From contig MU057356.1 of assembly GCA_013239625.1 (NCBI GenBank), positions 7,817,422 to 7,881,421 on the forward strand: a stretch of 64,000 bases of DNA, written 5' to 3'. The notes beneath the pieces are model-generated. The model was not told where the DNA came from. It made no database searches and saw nothing but the letters and a program-made list of their open reading frames with translations. Both the position numbers and the translations under genes were made by a program. Below are positions 13,026 to 25,720 of the stretch, piece after piece. Each line of letters starts with the position of its first letter. Positions within the stretch are counted from its first letter, which is position 1. This DNA is from Lama guanicoe (Eukaryota).

Positions 13026-13918
13026 ATTCATCAGTGTCCTAGTCATTTATTAAATAGGCATAGTATTTTGCACTGTGGACACCATGAAAAAGATAGGCAT
13101 GGTACCTGCCTTCTTGGAGTTTACTCTGCACCTTCTGATTCAGCTTTTCCATGGCCGGGAGTGTGTCCCAAACCATTTTAACAGTACAAAAAAGGCTTAG
13201 GGGGCAGTGTTACTTGTAATAGTGAGAAAAGCTTACAGAACGGCCACCAGAAACTAAGCATTCTACGGTAGAGGGAAGGACGGAATCCTACCCCACTGTC
13301 ATAGATTGTGTTTTGGCTAGAAGAGCATCCAGGGACACCGTAAAATGTTGACAGTAGGTTAAGAGCAAAAAAGATTTTATGGGACAGCATGTACAAATTG
13401 ATCCCCGGAAAAGAATTTCCCTTTATGTACCTGTAGCTGGATGCTCGCTCTGGGTGCTGGGACCATAGGAGACTTAGTTCCCTTTTGGTGCTTTTCTTTA
13501 CATTCCAGCTTGTCTTCAGGGAGTGTGTGTTACTTTGAAACATTTCATTACAAAAGAACGATCCCAGGAAAATTCTCTCTTCTGAAAGAAAGATCTTGGG
13601 AGCATTTGCAAATCCATCCCCTGCTGCAGACTTGTCTTCAGAGAACAGCCAGGTCAGGCCAAACCCTGAGAAGGGAAGAAACTCCAGCTGGACAGGCACC
13701 ATCACCCTAGTGAACCCAAAGTGTCTGGGAACAGCTTTGGGGGTGGTGAGGGGAGGGGCCCCCTCATCCTTTCCACAGAGCCCCCCATTATGGGGCCACT
13801 TTTGCCATCGGAGTCCAGGTGCTGCTGTTTGAATCTCTGGGAAAATGACATGTACAACATAACTTCTCCATAGAAATTTTACTGGTTAATGTTGGAGCTG
13901 ACGGGTTGAGATGCACAG

Positions 13919-14223
13919 TGAGGCAGGCAGAGTGATGCTCGTCCCCAAAGGTACCCACACCCTAACCTGTGAGCATGTTCCCTCACGTGGCAGAGGGAAC
14001 TTTGCAAGTGTGATGACATTCAGGCCTTTGTAATGGAAGGCTATCCAGGTGGGCTCAGTGTAATCAAAAAGATTCTTGCAAGCCAAAGAGGAAGGCAAAT
14101 GTGCCAACACCTTAATTTTAGCCCATTTTGGACTTCAAACCTCCAGATCTGAAAGATAACAAGTCCGTGTTGAAGTCATCAAGTCTGTGGCAGTCTATTC
14201 AGGCAACCACAGAATGTGACTGC
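13919..14223 (+). mobile_element. MLT1C/D-type MaLR LTR, internally deleted
   Basis: ccccaaagg..ccac...aacctgtgagcatgttccctcacgtggcagagggaactttgca, followed by a 3' part ggacttc..acctccaga.ctg.aagataa. Confidence 0.75.
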
Positions 14224-17176
14224 AGACTGCCAGTTGTCCTGAGAGAGAAGGACCCAGTGAGAGCAACAGGTGAGGCCATGCCCTGGGGCAGGCCAGGGGC
14301 ACACTTTGCCAGGTTGAGCTGACACCAGGGCCAGCCAGCTGGCCGTCCTGAGCCTGAGCTGGTCCTGGATGGGTTACTCCGCCCACACACGATAAGTTGT
14401 GGGAGCAGCCAGAGAGGAGGTGGCAGCGTCCTCAGGGAAGGGCCTGGGGCAAGGGTGGTCCCAGAACACTTTTCCTTTGGGGACCTCAGTGTGGGTGTCT
14501 CAGAGCAAAGGCCCCTGCCCCTGCCTCATGCTGGGGAAGGGGGATTGTAGAGAGTGAGGCTGGAGGAGGCAAATCTTCAGAAATGAATCAGGCAAGAAAC
14601 CCTGCAAAGGCAGCTGTGGCTGTGAAGCCGGTGGGAGGCAGTGAGGCAACGGGGACACGGTCGTAGGGTGGGGGTGTGTGGGGGTGCAGTTCTCCCCGTC
14701 ACTTGGGAAGGCAGCGTCCAAGGGAAGAATTCATTTCTGCTTAACAAGGAATGATGTCAGACAGAGCTCAAAGCCTTAGCTGAAATCAGCATCTTTCTAA
14801 ACTGCATTCTGTAGAATAGTAAAAGCCCAAGCACAGCTAGAAAGCGGTTCCCTGGCTCCCAACTGGGTGCACGTGCCTTTTTCACTTCCTGCCAGTTGGT
14901 TCTGTGTGTGATTCCCCATCTGCGTATGCTGGGAGGGCACTGAGGACCCAGCCAGGAGGGGGAGAAAGACCCGCGCCCGCCTCGGGGCGCCCAGTGTGGA
15001 GGAGGCAGACTGCAGGTGGGAGTGTGGTGGGGAGGGCAGAGCCCTGGGAGAGTGCAGCCTGGAAGGAAGTGAAAAACCGCCACAACTATCACATTTGCTC
15101 TTCTTAGCCCTGGCCTGAGACTACATCCAGTCTCAAAGGCTCTCTTTCCTCCCAGACCTACCAGCGGCCTGATCTGGCCCTGCTGACCAGCAGCTTGCTG
15201 GTCCCTGCCTGAGGGCCGCCCTATGGTCCCCATGCTCCCCAGCTCCACACTGGCCCCCTGGGCTCTCGACTCCAGGGCTGGCACAGCTTTAGCTGGGCTC
15301 TGCACCCTCTTCTTGCCCTGGACTGTAAAACTGACCTGAAAGTGGAAAGATTAAGTGCCAGTTGATTTGCACAGCTGTGAGCGAGTGCACCTTGGGATGG
15401 ACTAGTCCAGACCAGGGGCTCCGTGATGTGGTCTAGGGGGTCTTGTTTGCATACCCAGCATCCTCATAAAAGTCCCAGAGGAAGCTTCAGGAGGTCCTTT
15501 TTTGAAAAGACCATATAGACCCAAGGATCTCTGAGAAGGCAGCATGCTGGAACCACGAGTGGGCCCTTCACTTCTTTTTCAGTTTAAGCTTCTAGTCTCG
15601 TGGCGTCCCCTGCAGTCTCTGCTCACAGAGTGGTTTCTAGTCTCCTGCTGCCCAGTTACTGCCATTTGCCCATCAACAGATCCCCCTGTTGGCCTCTCTG
15701 GCACCTGTTCCCACCTGGAGAACAGCTTGGGGAGTCCTCTGAGAGCTGCTGAGGGGCCTCCAACCTGTCATCTCTGGCCTGGTCTCTCCCCCTCGGGATG
15801 TGGCCGACCTCGGGTCGGGGACCTGGCCTTGGCCACACAGGCTCTCTGTGACATGCTTCTTTCTTTCAGTCAGAGATGCACCCTCCAGGTACCACCTCCA
15901 CGTGGCCCTCCGGGCCCCATCCCCAAATCCAGGTTCTGCCCCTCCCTGGAAGTACCCACAGCACCCAGAGGGACTGAAGCTGGTGGTGCCCCAGCTGTGT
16001 TCTCGGGGCTTGGCACCCAACAGACACACCGTATGTGTTTGTGGTTGAATATTTGGTAAATAAGAATTACTTTACAATGTAAAAAGCCCGCCCCCACATG
16101 TCTGCTTTGCAAGACTATCTTTTAACTACAAAGACTTCTTTTAGCAGGGCCCCTGTAGAGAGGATCTGAGTAGTGAGTCATACCTGGCCTCCATGACCCT
16201 GAAGGCTCCTCCGGACCCAGGTCCCCCATTCTCTGTGAAATGCCTTGAAATTCTACCTCTTAAAAGATAAAATGCCACCAGACTGGGTAGCCCAGGAGGC
16301 CTGGACACCCGCCCTCCCTGAGCATCAGAGGGTTCCCGACACCTCCTCCCACAGACCAGGGCACAGCAGTGGGTGTCAGTTGCAAGGCTCCAGGATTGTG
16401 GAGGGGATCTTGGGCCAGCACGAAAAATGGAAGGCTGAGTCCAAAATAAAGGATTAGAAACCCCTTCTTGGCCATTAAAACCTGAAGAGCTGAAGGATTT
16501 ATTTTTGACCGTTTACAAATGCAGTTGTTAATGCTGGTTCTCAGTTTCCACTAGAGCTTGGCAAGCCTCCTGAGCCTGAGGAAAGATCCAGTCATATTCA
16601 ATTTAGTTCCATGCTAAGTATTGCTTATTTGCTTTCTCTCTTCAAAACTTGATAAGCCATCTGGGAATATCTGTGAACTAGAATGCTCAGGCATCTAGAG
16701 CACTGCTCCCTCAGCTGTTCTGGAGGAACGTCTAGCACAGGCGGCTGCCACCTGTGACTGGTGTCCTGTATTTCCAGCCTTTTCACATGCAAACTGCTTA
16801 CTGACAGCTGCTCAGGACCAGTGAAATCTATACCACAGCCAGAGCTCGATTGCTGCTGACAGTGGGGTTTCCTGAATTCAATTAGCAATGGACAGAGTCC
16901 ACGGTGGGGGTGGCAGGAGCCAGCAGGCGCAGAGCAAGCATGAGGCTCACAGTGACATTTCCCACACCTGTGCACGCACGCACAGTGCTGCCCTCACGTG
17001 GCTGCTGTCAGTCTGTTCGCCACTTGGTGGAGCAATAGTCTCCTGGGCTAGAGGTTTGATATAAGGGATGTGAGATCTGCCTGGGCACAGGCATGACCTT
17101 TGGATTACAAGATGGTCACAACGCCATCAGCTAGAGGGCTGGTGCCATGCCCACTTAGTTACACTAACACGTATGG

Positions 17177-17366
17177 AGTGTTGCTCTGTCCTTTAGTAGC
17201 TCCAGCTGCTGCCATCCCCCTCCACCAAGTATTAGTCCCTAAGGTATCTGTGTAACACTCTCGTTCTTGCTCCAAGTTGTTGCCATCTGAGAAATGACAC
17301 CGCACACACCTTCCCACCAAACCCCAGTGAGGCCAGAGGTGAGCCTCGCCTCCTTTTGGATGTGGA
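17177..17366 (+). repeat. 190-bp local direct duplication, copy 1
   Basis: Ungapped match to 18383-18572 with 12 mismatches by manual alignment. Confidence 0.95.
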
Positions 17367-18294
17367 TCGGGTGTCACTGATTACCTGCCCAGTGCCCAGC
17401 CATTAGCCAGCCCACTCTCTGGGGCTCCGTCTTGGGCCATAGCAGGGATGAGTCCAGTCTCTGTGCACAAGAAGTTTATATGGCCTCACTGGGAAGGTTA
17501 AAGGAATCTACACACAGTGGTAACGGGCAGGCCCAGAGGCTGGGTGAGCACAGAGCTGTTGAGGGCAGAAGGCAGAGAGACCTGGGCCACCAAGGCTCCC
17601 CATGCTGTCCTCTCCAGCTCACAGCTTCCATGCACACTCAGCCAGCAGGGCTGAGCTGGGAAACCCTCAGGTCTACCCCACAGTCTCCATCCTGCTCTGA
17701 ACATATTCACAGAAACCCTTTTTAAGAACCGCCTATCACGTTCCCATTTCAGCAACAGGGATTTTGCTCTCCTTTGTTGTAGGGCCAAGTGAGACCAGCT
17801 TATCAGTGTGTTGTTCTAACTCCTTCTCTTTCCACTCTGGTGAGAGCTGCCCACCCTCTCCAGGGTAGCACTACAAACTCCCCATGCTCCATTTTGTCGG
17901 TATCATTTCTCTCAATCCTTAGGGTAGTCCTGCATATCAGGGGTGGACAGATGGACAAATTAAGGTTCTGAGAGGCTGTGTGAGCTCCTGAGGCCACCCA
18001 GCAGGGAGCCCAGCACAGCCCCAGCCCTGCCGCCTGTGCACAGTGTGGATGGCCAGGGCCATTTGTTTTCTGTTGTCCACCCCTTGTTCCTTTGCCCCTG
18101 TTGGTCATAGCTCTGATCCTCAGCAGGGGGAGCGCCAGGGAGGACTGTGCCCCCTGCACTGCCCAGCGTGTTTGAGGTTCCTGCCACCACTAGGAAAAAT
18201 GTTCTAAACTCTAGGAAGTACAGTGTAAACCTGCGGCCAACAAAGCCAGCATGCAACATGCTTCCTTCCTGCTTCTGAAGTTGTTATTTCAGGG

Positions 18295-18320
18295 GTGTGT
18301 GTCTGTGTGTGTGTGTGTGT
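18295..18320. repeat. (TG)n microsatellite, interrupted
   Basis: gtgtgtgtctgtgtgtgtgtgtgtgt. Confidence 0.85.
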
Positions 18321-18382
18321 CTCCTCAGAGTCTCCACTGTAATACTGTCAGCTGGAAACTTTCTAAAGAAAACCTTCCAGGA

Positions 18383-18572
18383 AGTGTTGCTCTGTCCTTT
18401 TGTGGCTCCAGCTGCTGCCATCCCCCTCCACCAAGTATTAGTCCCTAAGGTATCTGTGTAACACTCTCATTCTCGCTCCAAGTTGTTGCCATCTGAGAAA
18501 TGATACCTCACACACCTTCTCACCAAACCCTAGTGAGTCCAGAGGAGAGCCTCACTTCCTTTTGGATGTGGA
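18383..18572 (+). repeat. 190-bp local direct duplication, copy 2
   Basis: Ungapped match to 17177-17366, offset 1206 bp. Confidence 0.95.
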
Positions 18573-18779
18573 AGGAACCCGTCTTGCACCCCTCAGGCTG
18601 GGAGCAGTCTGGTGCCAGCTCACCTGCAGGCCTTTGTTTCCTCTACTGCAGAGGGGTTGGTTGGTTGTCACCAAAAATTATCACCAGAATTTTTTTTTTA
18701 AGTTCAAGAAAAGAAAAGTTCCCAGGGCCTCCTCCCTTGGACCAGGGTGCCATCATGGTGCATTCATGTCTTGGCTGTG

Positions 18780-19490
18780 AATAGCATTTATAAAACAAAC
18801 ATTGAGCTAACCAAAATGTTATATATTTCTACTAGGAGGAGGTAGACAGGAGGGTGCCTGTTTAGAGTGGGGGTGGGGGGAAGAATTATGCAAAAAACAG
18901 CTAAATTCTCATCTTCCATACTGAGAAGTTAATGGATAATGCCTAACACTAAAAATAAGTAGAATGTTTTTAAGGTTAATTCCAAAATAACCAAGGTTTG
19001 CTGAAAGGGACTGCCTCTAGGGAAGAGAAATGGAAGGAAAGGGCAAAGCCTTGCTGTTTTCCATAAAGAGCCTTGAGTAACTTTAGGCTTTTTAAATTAT
19101 GGGCTTATGTAACTTTGTTTAAAATGTAACTGTTGAAGTATATTAAATATTTAAAGATATAGGAAAGACTAGATTATCCTGAGAGAACTAAATACTCTAA
19201 AAAAGAAAGTGAAATGGAACTTATAGAAAAAAAGTGTAATTGTCATTATGAGTAAGAATTCAAAATATGATTTAGACAGCTGAAGAGAGAATTAGTGATT
19301 TGGAAGGCAGCTGAAGAAATAACCCAGAATGCAGCATCAAGAGAGAAAGAGAAGGGAAGTAGGAAGCAGCAGCTAAAATATGGATGGCAGAATGAAAAGA
19401 TCCAATACACATCTAACAGGGGTTAGAGAATGTGAAAGTGACAAGAATGAGAGAGAGAGACAATGTTTAAAGATAATGGCTGGGAATTAA
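18780..19490 (+). mobile_element. Ancient L1M/HAL1 fragments including ORF1 coiled-coil region
   Basis: A-rich strand bias; agacagctgaagagagaattagtga...aacccagaatgcagca...agatccaatacacatctaacagg...agataatggctgggaatt is typical of old L1 ORF1. Confidence 0.7.
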
Positions 19491-20125
19491 GACTGGGCAA
19501 ATAATGGTAAAGCTGTAGGGCATCAGAGATAATGAGAAAAGTTGAAGAGCAACCAGAGATCCAAAAACATATTACCTACAAAAGGGAAGCACTTAGACTG
19601 GCAGAGGCAACAGCAAGAGATGTCAGAACACAACGGAATATTAGAAACCGCAAGGTGGCCTTGGAGGGATGGAGTGGAAATGCAGAGAGAGGGCAGCAAG
19701 GAGATCTGTGCACAATTCCCTTTGCTCATCAAAATAAAAAATGTACACAGGGCAGGTACTGCTAGTTACTTTCCAGTATCCATCTCCCCACCTCCCTCTT
19801 CAGTACCAAAATCTCAAAGTTACACAGCTACACTGGTCCTCAAGGGTCCTGCCTCAGTGCCTCCAATGACCATCATCCTTGGGAGGTGAGTAATACTCTA
19901 TCTGAGAACAAAAAAAGATACAGAGTCCACCCATAATATGGGCCCTTTATGGTGTGGCTGCTCGTGGTCGGCGTCGTGGCATTACACTTTGAAGTGCTGG
20001 CTGTGCTGAGTTTCCTTGGTGCAATGGGGTTGTGTCCTGTTGGTCAGTGGTTTCTGCATCATTTGAAGCTCCTCAGAGACCTAGCTGCCACAAGGAGGAG
20101 GAGGACGCACAGAGAGACTTGTGTA

Positions 20126-20185
20126 GGTGCGCACGCACACACACGCCCGCACAGACACACATGCGCACACACGCCCGCACAGACA
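20126..20185. repeat. CA/CG-rich simple repeat with duplicated cacacacgcccgcacagaca unit
   Basis: Seen directly in the sequence. Confidence 0.8.
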
Positions 20186-20574
20186 GGCTTCCAAGAAGGG
20201 AAACAGACTTGCACTCAGTTTTCTAGCAATTAGAAGATCATTGTTTCTTTTCCCCTCAGAATGGCCTGATGCCCCTGTCTTGGTTCACAATTCTCACACA
20301 GAGGCAGTGTCTACACCCCAGCCTTTCTTCTGCAAAGAGGAGTAAAGTTGTCACAAGACGTGTTTCATTTTTTCGCCTGTGGACTTGAGAGAACTGTGCT
20401 GCAATTTCACTGACTGTGATTACAAACCCCACAAGCCCTTGTGTCCTGGCTCTAACTGGCAGTTATTGAAAAGATGATGATGACTTAGATGTTTTAATTA
20501 GCCTGCTTGCAGGAGTTCCCCAGTTCTGCTTGTTTAAGTTAGTTGATTTCAAAGCCAGCGTGTCGTTGTTCACA

Positions 20575-20790
20575 ACAGTAATAAGAACCGTGTTTTTCGG
20601 GCACTTTCTCTGCAGCAGACTGCGTGCTTGGGAGTTTGCATGCATCATCTCACTTAATCATCACGACTACCCAGTGAGGTGTTGTCCCCACTTTTCACTG
20701 AGGACACTGAGGCAGAGATAAGTTACTAGTCCCTCCACAAGGAAGTGGAGGAGGCAACCATGGGTGAGTTCAGACTATTGGACTCAAAGG
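20575..20790 (-). mobile_element. MIR SINE
   Basis: catcatctcacttaatcatcacgactacccagtgaggt...ccccacttttcactgaggacactgaggcagaga. Confidence 0.75.
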
Positions 20791-22639
20791 TCGTGGGAGA
20801 CGAGGTAGGGGCACCCGGCCAGGGTGTCCTGCTTCTGCCCACAGACCCACCCTGAGGGACACCCGCAGCCCCTCTGGCCTCCAGTCCCCACACCGGGCTG
20901 GACACGGGGTTATGTAACCTAGCAGGGCTGCAGCCCCTCTCCCGCAGCACAGGGCTCCTCTCGTCTGGGACCTCTGCTTGCTTTTATGGAGTTTTGATCA
21001 CTTCCTCCAAGGAAAGGGGCCCTAAGGCCCCCCTAGAAGAGGGACACCAGGGACGGCCTTTACTGAGCTCATCGCCCGGTTCCTCCCCACTCCTCTCCCT
21101 GCCCAGAGGCTCCGTCTCTACTGCAGGGAAGATGAGCTCTTAGATTCCCACACATCCTGCCCAACACAGCTGCTTCTGCTCCACATTTTATGGACTCCAT
21201 AGTTTTATTTCTTGCTATTAAAAGCCAAGCTTTTAGAGCTTTAGAAATAAATTATTTTTCAAAAAGCCTATCTTCTGCAAATTGAAAGCCTTAGTTTCCA
21301 GAAAATTGTCTCTGCTATGAGTTTCACGAGCCAAGAATTTGACACCTTTGTGCTCTGTGCACCATGCCCTCCCCTGAGGTTATAACACTCAGCCTTGTGT
21401 CTCGTTTTAATGATGAAAGAAAGGAGGAGAGAAAAAATTATTTGCTGAAAATGAAAAACCACGAGCTATCATTTTGAAAGACTGTCCTGCTCCCTGGGCG
21501 GTGGCTCTGGAGAAAACCCAGCTCTGGGTTCCTTGTCTTTTGAGGGAGGAGTTGCTGGTCCCTCCATCCCTACCAGTGGTGATGACCCACGACTCTGGCA
21601 TTCCAGCAGGCTACCTGGGGCTCTTTCCAAGTGGACGTGAGCAAGGAAGGGTGTCTCTCATCTGCAGTTTGAGACAATTGGGGAAATCCAAGCTCACTCT
21701 GAGCGTCCCACACTGCCTGAACGAGATTAGGCTCAAGACAAATGGTCTCGCCTAAAATGAGAAGCCGGCCATCTCCATCTGCGGGGATGTAGAATTGGGG
21801 TTGTTATGGGCCTGATTTGTGAACTTGAATGAGGGCTTCTAGAAAGCTATTTGTAAAATTCATTGCTGTCTCTGGCTGCGGCTAACACATTCTATCTTCA
21901 GACTGGATGATTTCGCATTCCGTGCATTCATAAAATAGAGTGGGCTGTGGAGTGGAGTGTGGGAAGTAGGGCGAAGGGGCGGGATGTTGAGGGGCGCAGG
22001 CAGAGGGCCTCTGGGCGCAAGACCCACAGGTGCCACCCACCGAGTGGGAATTGAGTTACTGGGAACTACCCGTTAGCCTCCCCCTGCCCAGCGCTAGGGT
22101 CTGCCCGGGCCTGACTTCTCATGGGGAAATCCTCAGACCCTGCAGGGCTTTTGCCCCAGTTTGCAGAGTTTTGAATGCAAAGGAGTTTTGCAGTTGAACT
22201 CTAGTCTGTACCTCTGCCCTCCTCTGCCTGTCTCGGTGTGTCCTCTCAGTTTCTAGGCCTGGTGGGGGACTGGCCTTCTGAAGGAGTCTTGTGAGCAGCA
22301 AGTGTTGGGAAGAGGCCCGGAGTCCTGGCGCAGCTGGGTCTGGGGCTCCTCGGCCCTGGGGAGGGGCAGGGAAGATTTGAGACCAGCAAAGAGGAACTAG
22401 AAAGCATGATCAGGCTCAACACAGACCCCAGCACATTTTGACGGTGTTGAAGCCACCTTAGCTCCTTTCCGCAGTAAGATTTTCTCTCTCAAACAACTCT
22501 TACACTTCTGATGGCACCTAGGGCAACTTTCTGGATCAGAGTGTAACTTTAATTTAAAAATTGAGTTAGTAAAGAAAATTAATTTCCTAAGCTCCTCTTT
22601 TATGCCCTTAGAGGAATCTGACTATTACACTCACTGCCA

Positions 22640-22725
22640 GGCCTCAGTTTGCTTATCTGTAAGATGGGGGTAACACCCTGTGCTCTGCTTGTCTCCCAAG
22701 GCTGCTGTGATTCTCAGTGAGAACT
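22640..22725 (+). mobile_element. MIR SINE core fragment
   Basis: ggcctcagtttgcttatctgtaagatggggg. Confidence 0.65.
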
Positions 22726-23924
22726 GATTTTAGGGTATTTACATGACCACAGGGGTTACTTTTGGTCGCTCCAAGTCCATGCTAAAGCCTGTCAGGCCCT
22801 CTTTTGTTCTCTGCATTAACTCTTTGGCCCCCAAGGTGCTGCTTGTTGCTGGACAGAAAGTCCCTGGAACCTTGGCCCAGAAGTTTCACAGCAGAGGTGG
22901 GGTCTGCAGGGTTTGTTCCTGGTGGGGTTGGGGGGCCGACTGCTCAGGATGTGTTTAGGACTCTGGATGGCTGGTTCTCTCCAGGAGATCCAGGGACTTG
23001 GAGCAAAGGGCAGAATCAGGCTTGCTGCTCTAGGAGGCTGGGGGGCCAGCCTCTCTGAGCCAGGACGACTGCAGGTGATGGTGCCACTGCTGACTTCAGT
23101 GAAAGCTCTGACCTGGGTCATCAGAGCAGGCCCAGCTGGGTCTGCCATGCCATGTGTGGTTTTGCCCTCTTGTGTTTGGAGAACCAGAAGTCCCCTTGAG
23201 GCAGATAAGGCCTGGCTCTGAAGTCCAGAGTCCTGTCTGTGAATGGCTCATGGGAGGGGTCTCAAGTCTTCCCTGGGAGCTCTTTCCCGACCAGAACAGC
23301 TGCCTCTCTGGCCGTGTTACAGTGGAGACTTTGTCACGTGACTGCACGTCTTTAAAAAGCTGTTTCTGCTCCAGCTCAGACCTGGAGATGATACTGAATA
23401 TAATTCTCTACACTGTGAACTTATAAAACACACAGCATGCGGGTGATACGGTGAGGGGCAGTGGTAGTGACTGTAGATTTCTGGAGGTTGTAAAGTTTGG
23501 TTTGTTGGCCTCAAACAAATACGGAGGTAGTGCTGGGAGAAGCAAGGCTCTGGGGCCACCGAGAACCAGATTCTTCTGGCTCTGCCGCCTCCCACACATG
23601 TGAGCTTGAGCAGATGCCCCCGTCTTTGAGTCTTTTTCCTTGTCTCTAAAAAGGAAAAGTAGGGTGGTTGGAGGAAATAAATATGATAACTGGAAATAAA
23701 GCAGCTGTCAAACATCTGGCTCAGAGTAGGCCCTTAATGAACGGTACAAACTTTTTTGTTTGTTTTTGTTTTTATTAGTTAATAATTGTCATGTTCAAGG
23801 TCCTCTTGAGAACTAGGAAGAGGAAGCTATATGGGGCTGATCCGACTCAAGGAATTGGAAGTCCAGGAGGACTGGGCAGCGTAGCTTGTCTGCCTGTGCA
23901 CACTGAAGTGAGCCAACCGGGGGG

Positions 23925-23958
23925 ACACACACACACACACATTCACACACATACACAC
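23925..23958. repeat. (CA)n microsatellite, interrupted
   Basis: acacacacacacacacattcacacacatacacac. Confidence 0.85.
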
Positions 23959-24079
23959 TGTGGTGCAGAGTTCACAGCCAGCCCTCCCAGGGCAAGGGAC
24001 CTGGGCAACCACAGAGGAAACTGGTGTCAGCTAAGTGCACTGATCAGCCTGATCACACACGGAGGGACTGGACCAACAG

Positions 24080-25720
24080 CATTCATGAGACACCTGAAGA
24101 AAACCACCAGCATTAAAGAGAAGAATCAGGAAGAGCATCAACCACAAAACCCACAGCCACCCCGGAGGACACGGAACCAAAGGGAATTTTTAAATCTAAT
24201 AAAAACTCTTAGGGAGACTTGAGATGATAATGTTTTCATAAAATAAGAAAGGACTATTTTAATATGAAGATGAATATATGTGTGTATGTGCATGAGTGGG
24301 ACATAGTGCTGTGCACCAGCAACTGACACATTGTAACTGACTGTACTGCAATTAAAAAAAAGAGAGAGAGAAAGAAAGGGCTACTGTGACAAAGAAGAAT
24401 AGAGCAAGAAATATTTCCTGGAAATTAAAAATACAGTTCCTAAAATTAAAAGTTCAATGGGAGTCAAAGAAAGAGTTGAGGAAGTATCCTATAATATAGA
24501 TTAAAACTTGAAGAGATGGAAAAGGTGAGAAAAACTGAGAGATGAGGATCCATTTAGGGGAACTATATCCATCTATTCAGATGAGTCGACTCAGAAAGAG
24601 AGAACCAAGAAATGTGAGAGGAGGAAATGATCCAGAGAGTAACAACAGAGCACCCCCTGGAGCTGAACGAAGACGCAGACCTTCAGGTGGAAAGATGTCG
24701 TCGTTAGAACTGGGAAGGGGAAATGGGAAAGAGCCACAGCCACGTATCCCCGTGAGATTTCGGAACATCAAAGAGAAGATTCTGAAAGCTTCCAGAGAGA
24801 AAAGACATGTCATCGACAGAGTCAGGAATCATTGCTATCAGACTGGCGTTATCAGCACTGGCAGGCAGTGAAGTAATTGCCTTCAAATTTCTGAGGGCAA
24901 GCAGTTTCGTACCTGGAATCTTGTATCAAATAAAGACAATTTTCAGACACACAAGTACACAGAATATTACCTTCTTTCTTAATTAAAAAAAAAAGTAGGA
25001 GTGATATAATCTAGTAAGACGGAAGTGGTATTTAACAAGAAGAGCTGGTCCCAGAAACAGCAGAACTAACCCAGGTGTGCAATGAACCCCAGCACGACAG
25101 GCAGGACAGCTGTGTAAGAAACCTGGGACACGATTCGTTCAGGTTTGAAGAGGACGTCAGAGCTTCTGAGAAGCAAGTCCTCAAGAACAAAGCAGATTCC
25201 ATTTCACAAAAATAAGATTACGAAGCTCTAAGGCCTTTGTGATATGATAAAGAAAGAAAGAAATCTCTTGATACAGTTTTAAGGCAGTTAAAAATTCTGG
25301 GGAAAACAAATTGCTGACCAAGAAAGGCATGGTCAAATATTAAGCAAGCTAAAATGTATCACCATTTTGCATAACTAGAGGCGGATGAAGAAAAGAACTG
25401 TTTGGCTGTGAATCCTGAAACAGCCTCCTCTAAACAGCACAGGAGAGTCACAGGAGCTGCCACCTCCTTTCCTGAGGGGAGGTTCGCTGTGTCTTTCTGC
25501 TGAGGATGATGGACCAGAGCGTTAGCAATACTCTATTCATTTTCACGTTTAGAGCCAACAAATGGAAACCGACACTTATTACCTGTAGTTACAAAATGTA
25601 ACAAGGTGAAAATTAATGTTGTAGATCATTTAAATCAGAAGTAATAGGGTAGGATAGGGGATTGGATTTCTTCCACTGTGAAGGAGTAAGAAAGACTGCC
25701 TAATTGATCTCAATGTATGA
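24080..25720 (+). mobile_element. Ancient HAL1/L1M element with decayed ORF1
   Basis: ORF 24542-24871 retains PRIPVRFRNIKEKILKASREKRHV, resembling the L1 ORF1p motif PRHIIVRF..KEKILKAAREK. A-rich sense strand with many stops. Confidence 0.7.
24258..24371 (+). mobile_element. Extremely 5'-truncated lineage-specific L1 3' end nested in the HAL1/L1M
   Basis: gaatatatgtgtgtatgtgcatgagtgggaca...gctgtgcaccag..actgacacattgtaactgactgtact followed by an A/AG tail. TSD-like aagaaaggactat (24245-24257) / aagaaagggctac (24372-24384). Confidence 0.8.

Noticed and set aside
17177-18572. Paired LTRs of a small retroelement, or a CRISPR-like array
   Set aside because: No TG..CA termini, primer-binding site or outer TSD found. 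Only two copies, and the DNA is eukaryotic.
19949-20233. ORF with hydrophobic, signal-peptide-like N-terminus
   Set aside because: Runs into a CA/CG simple repeat; no promoter, splice or homology support.
24542-24871. Possible domesticated L1 ORF1-like gene
   Set aside because: Short fragment inside a decayed element with stops and frameshifts around it.
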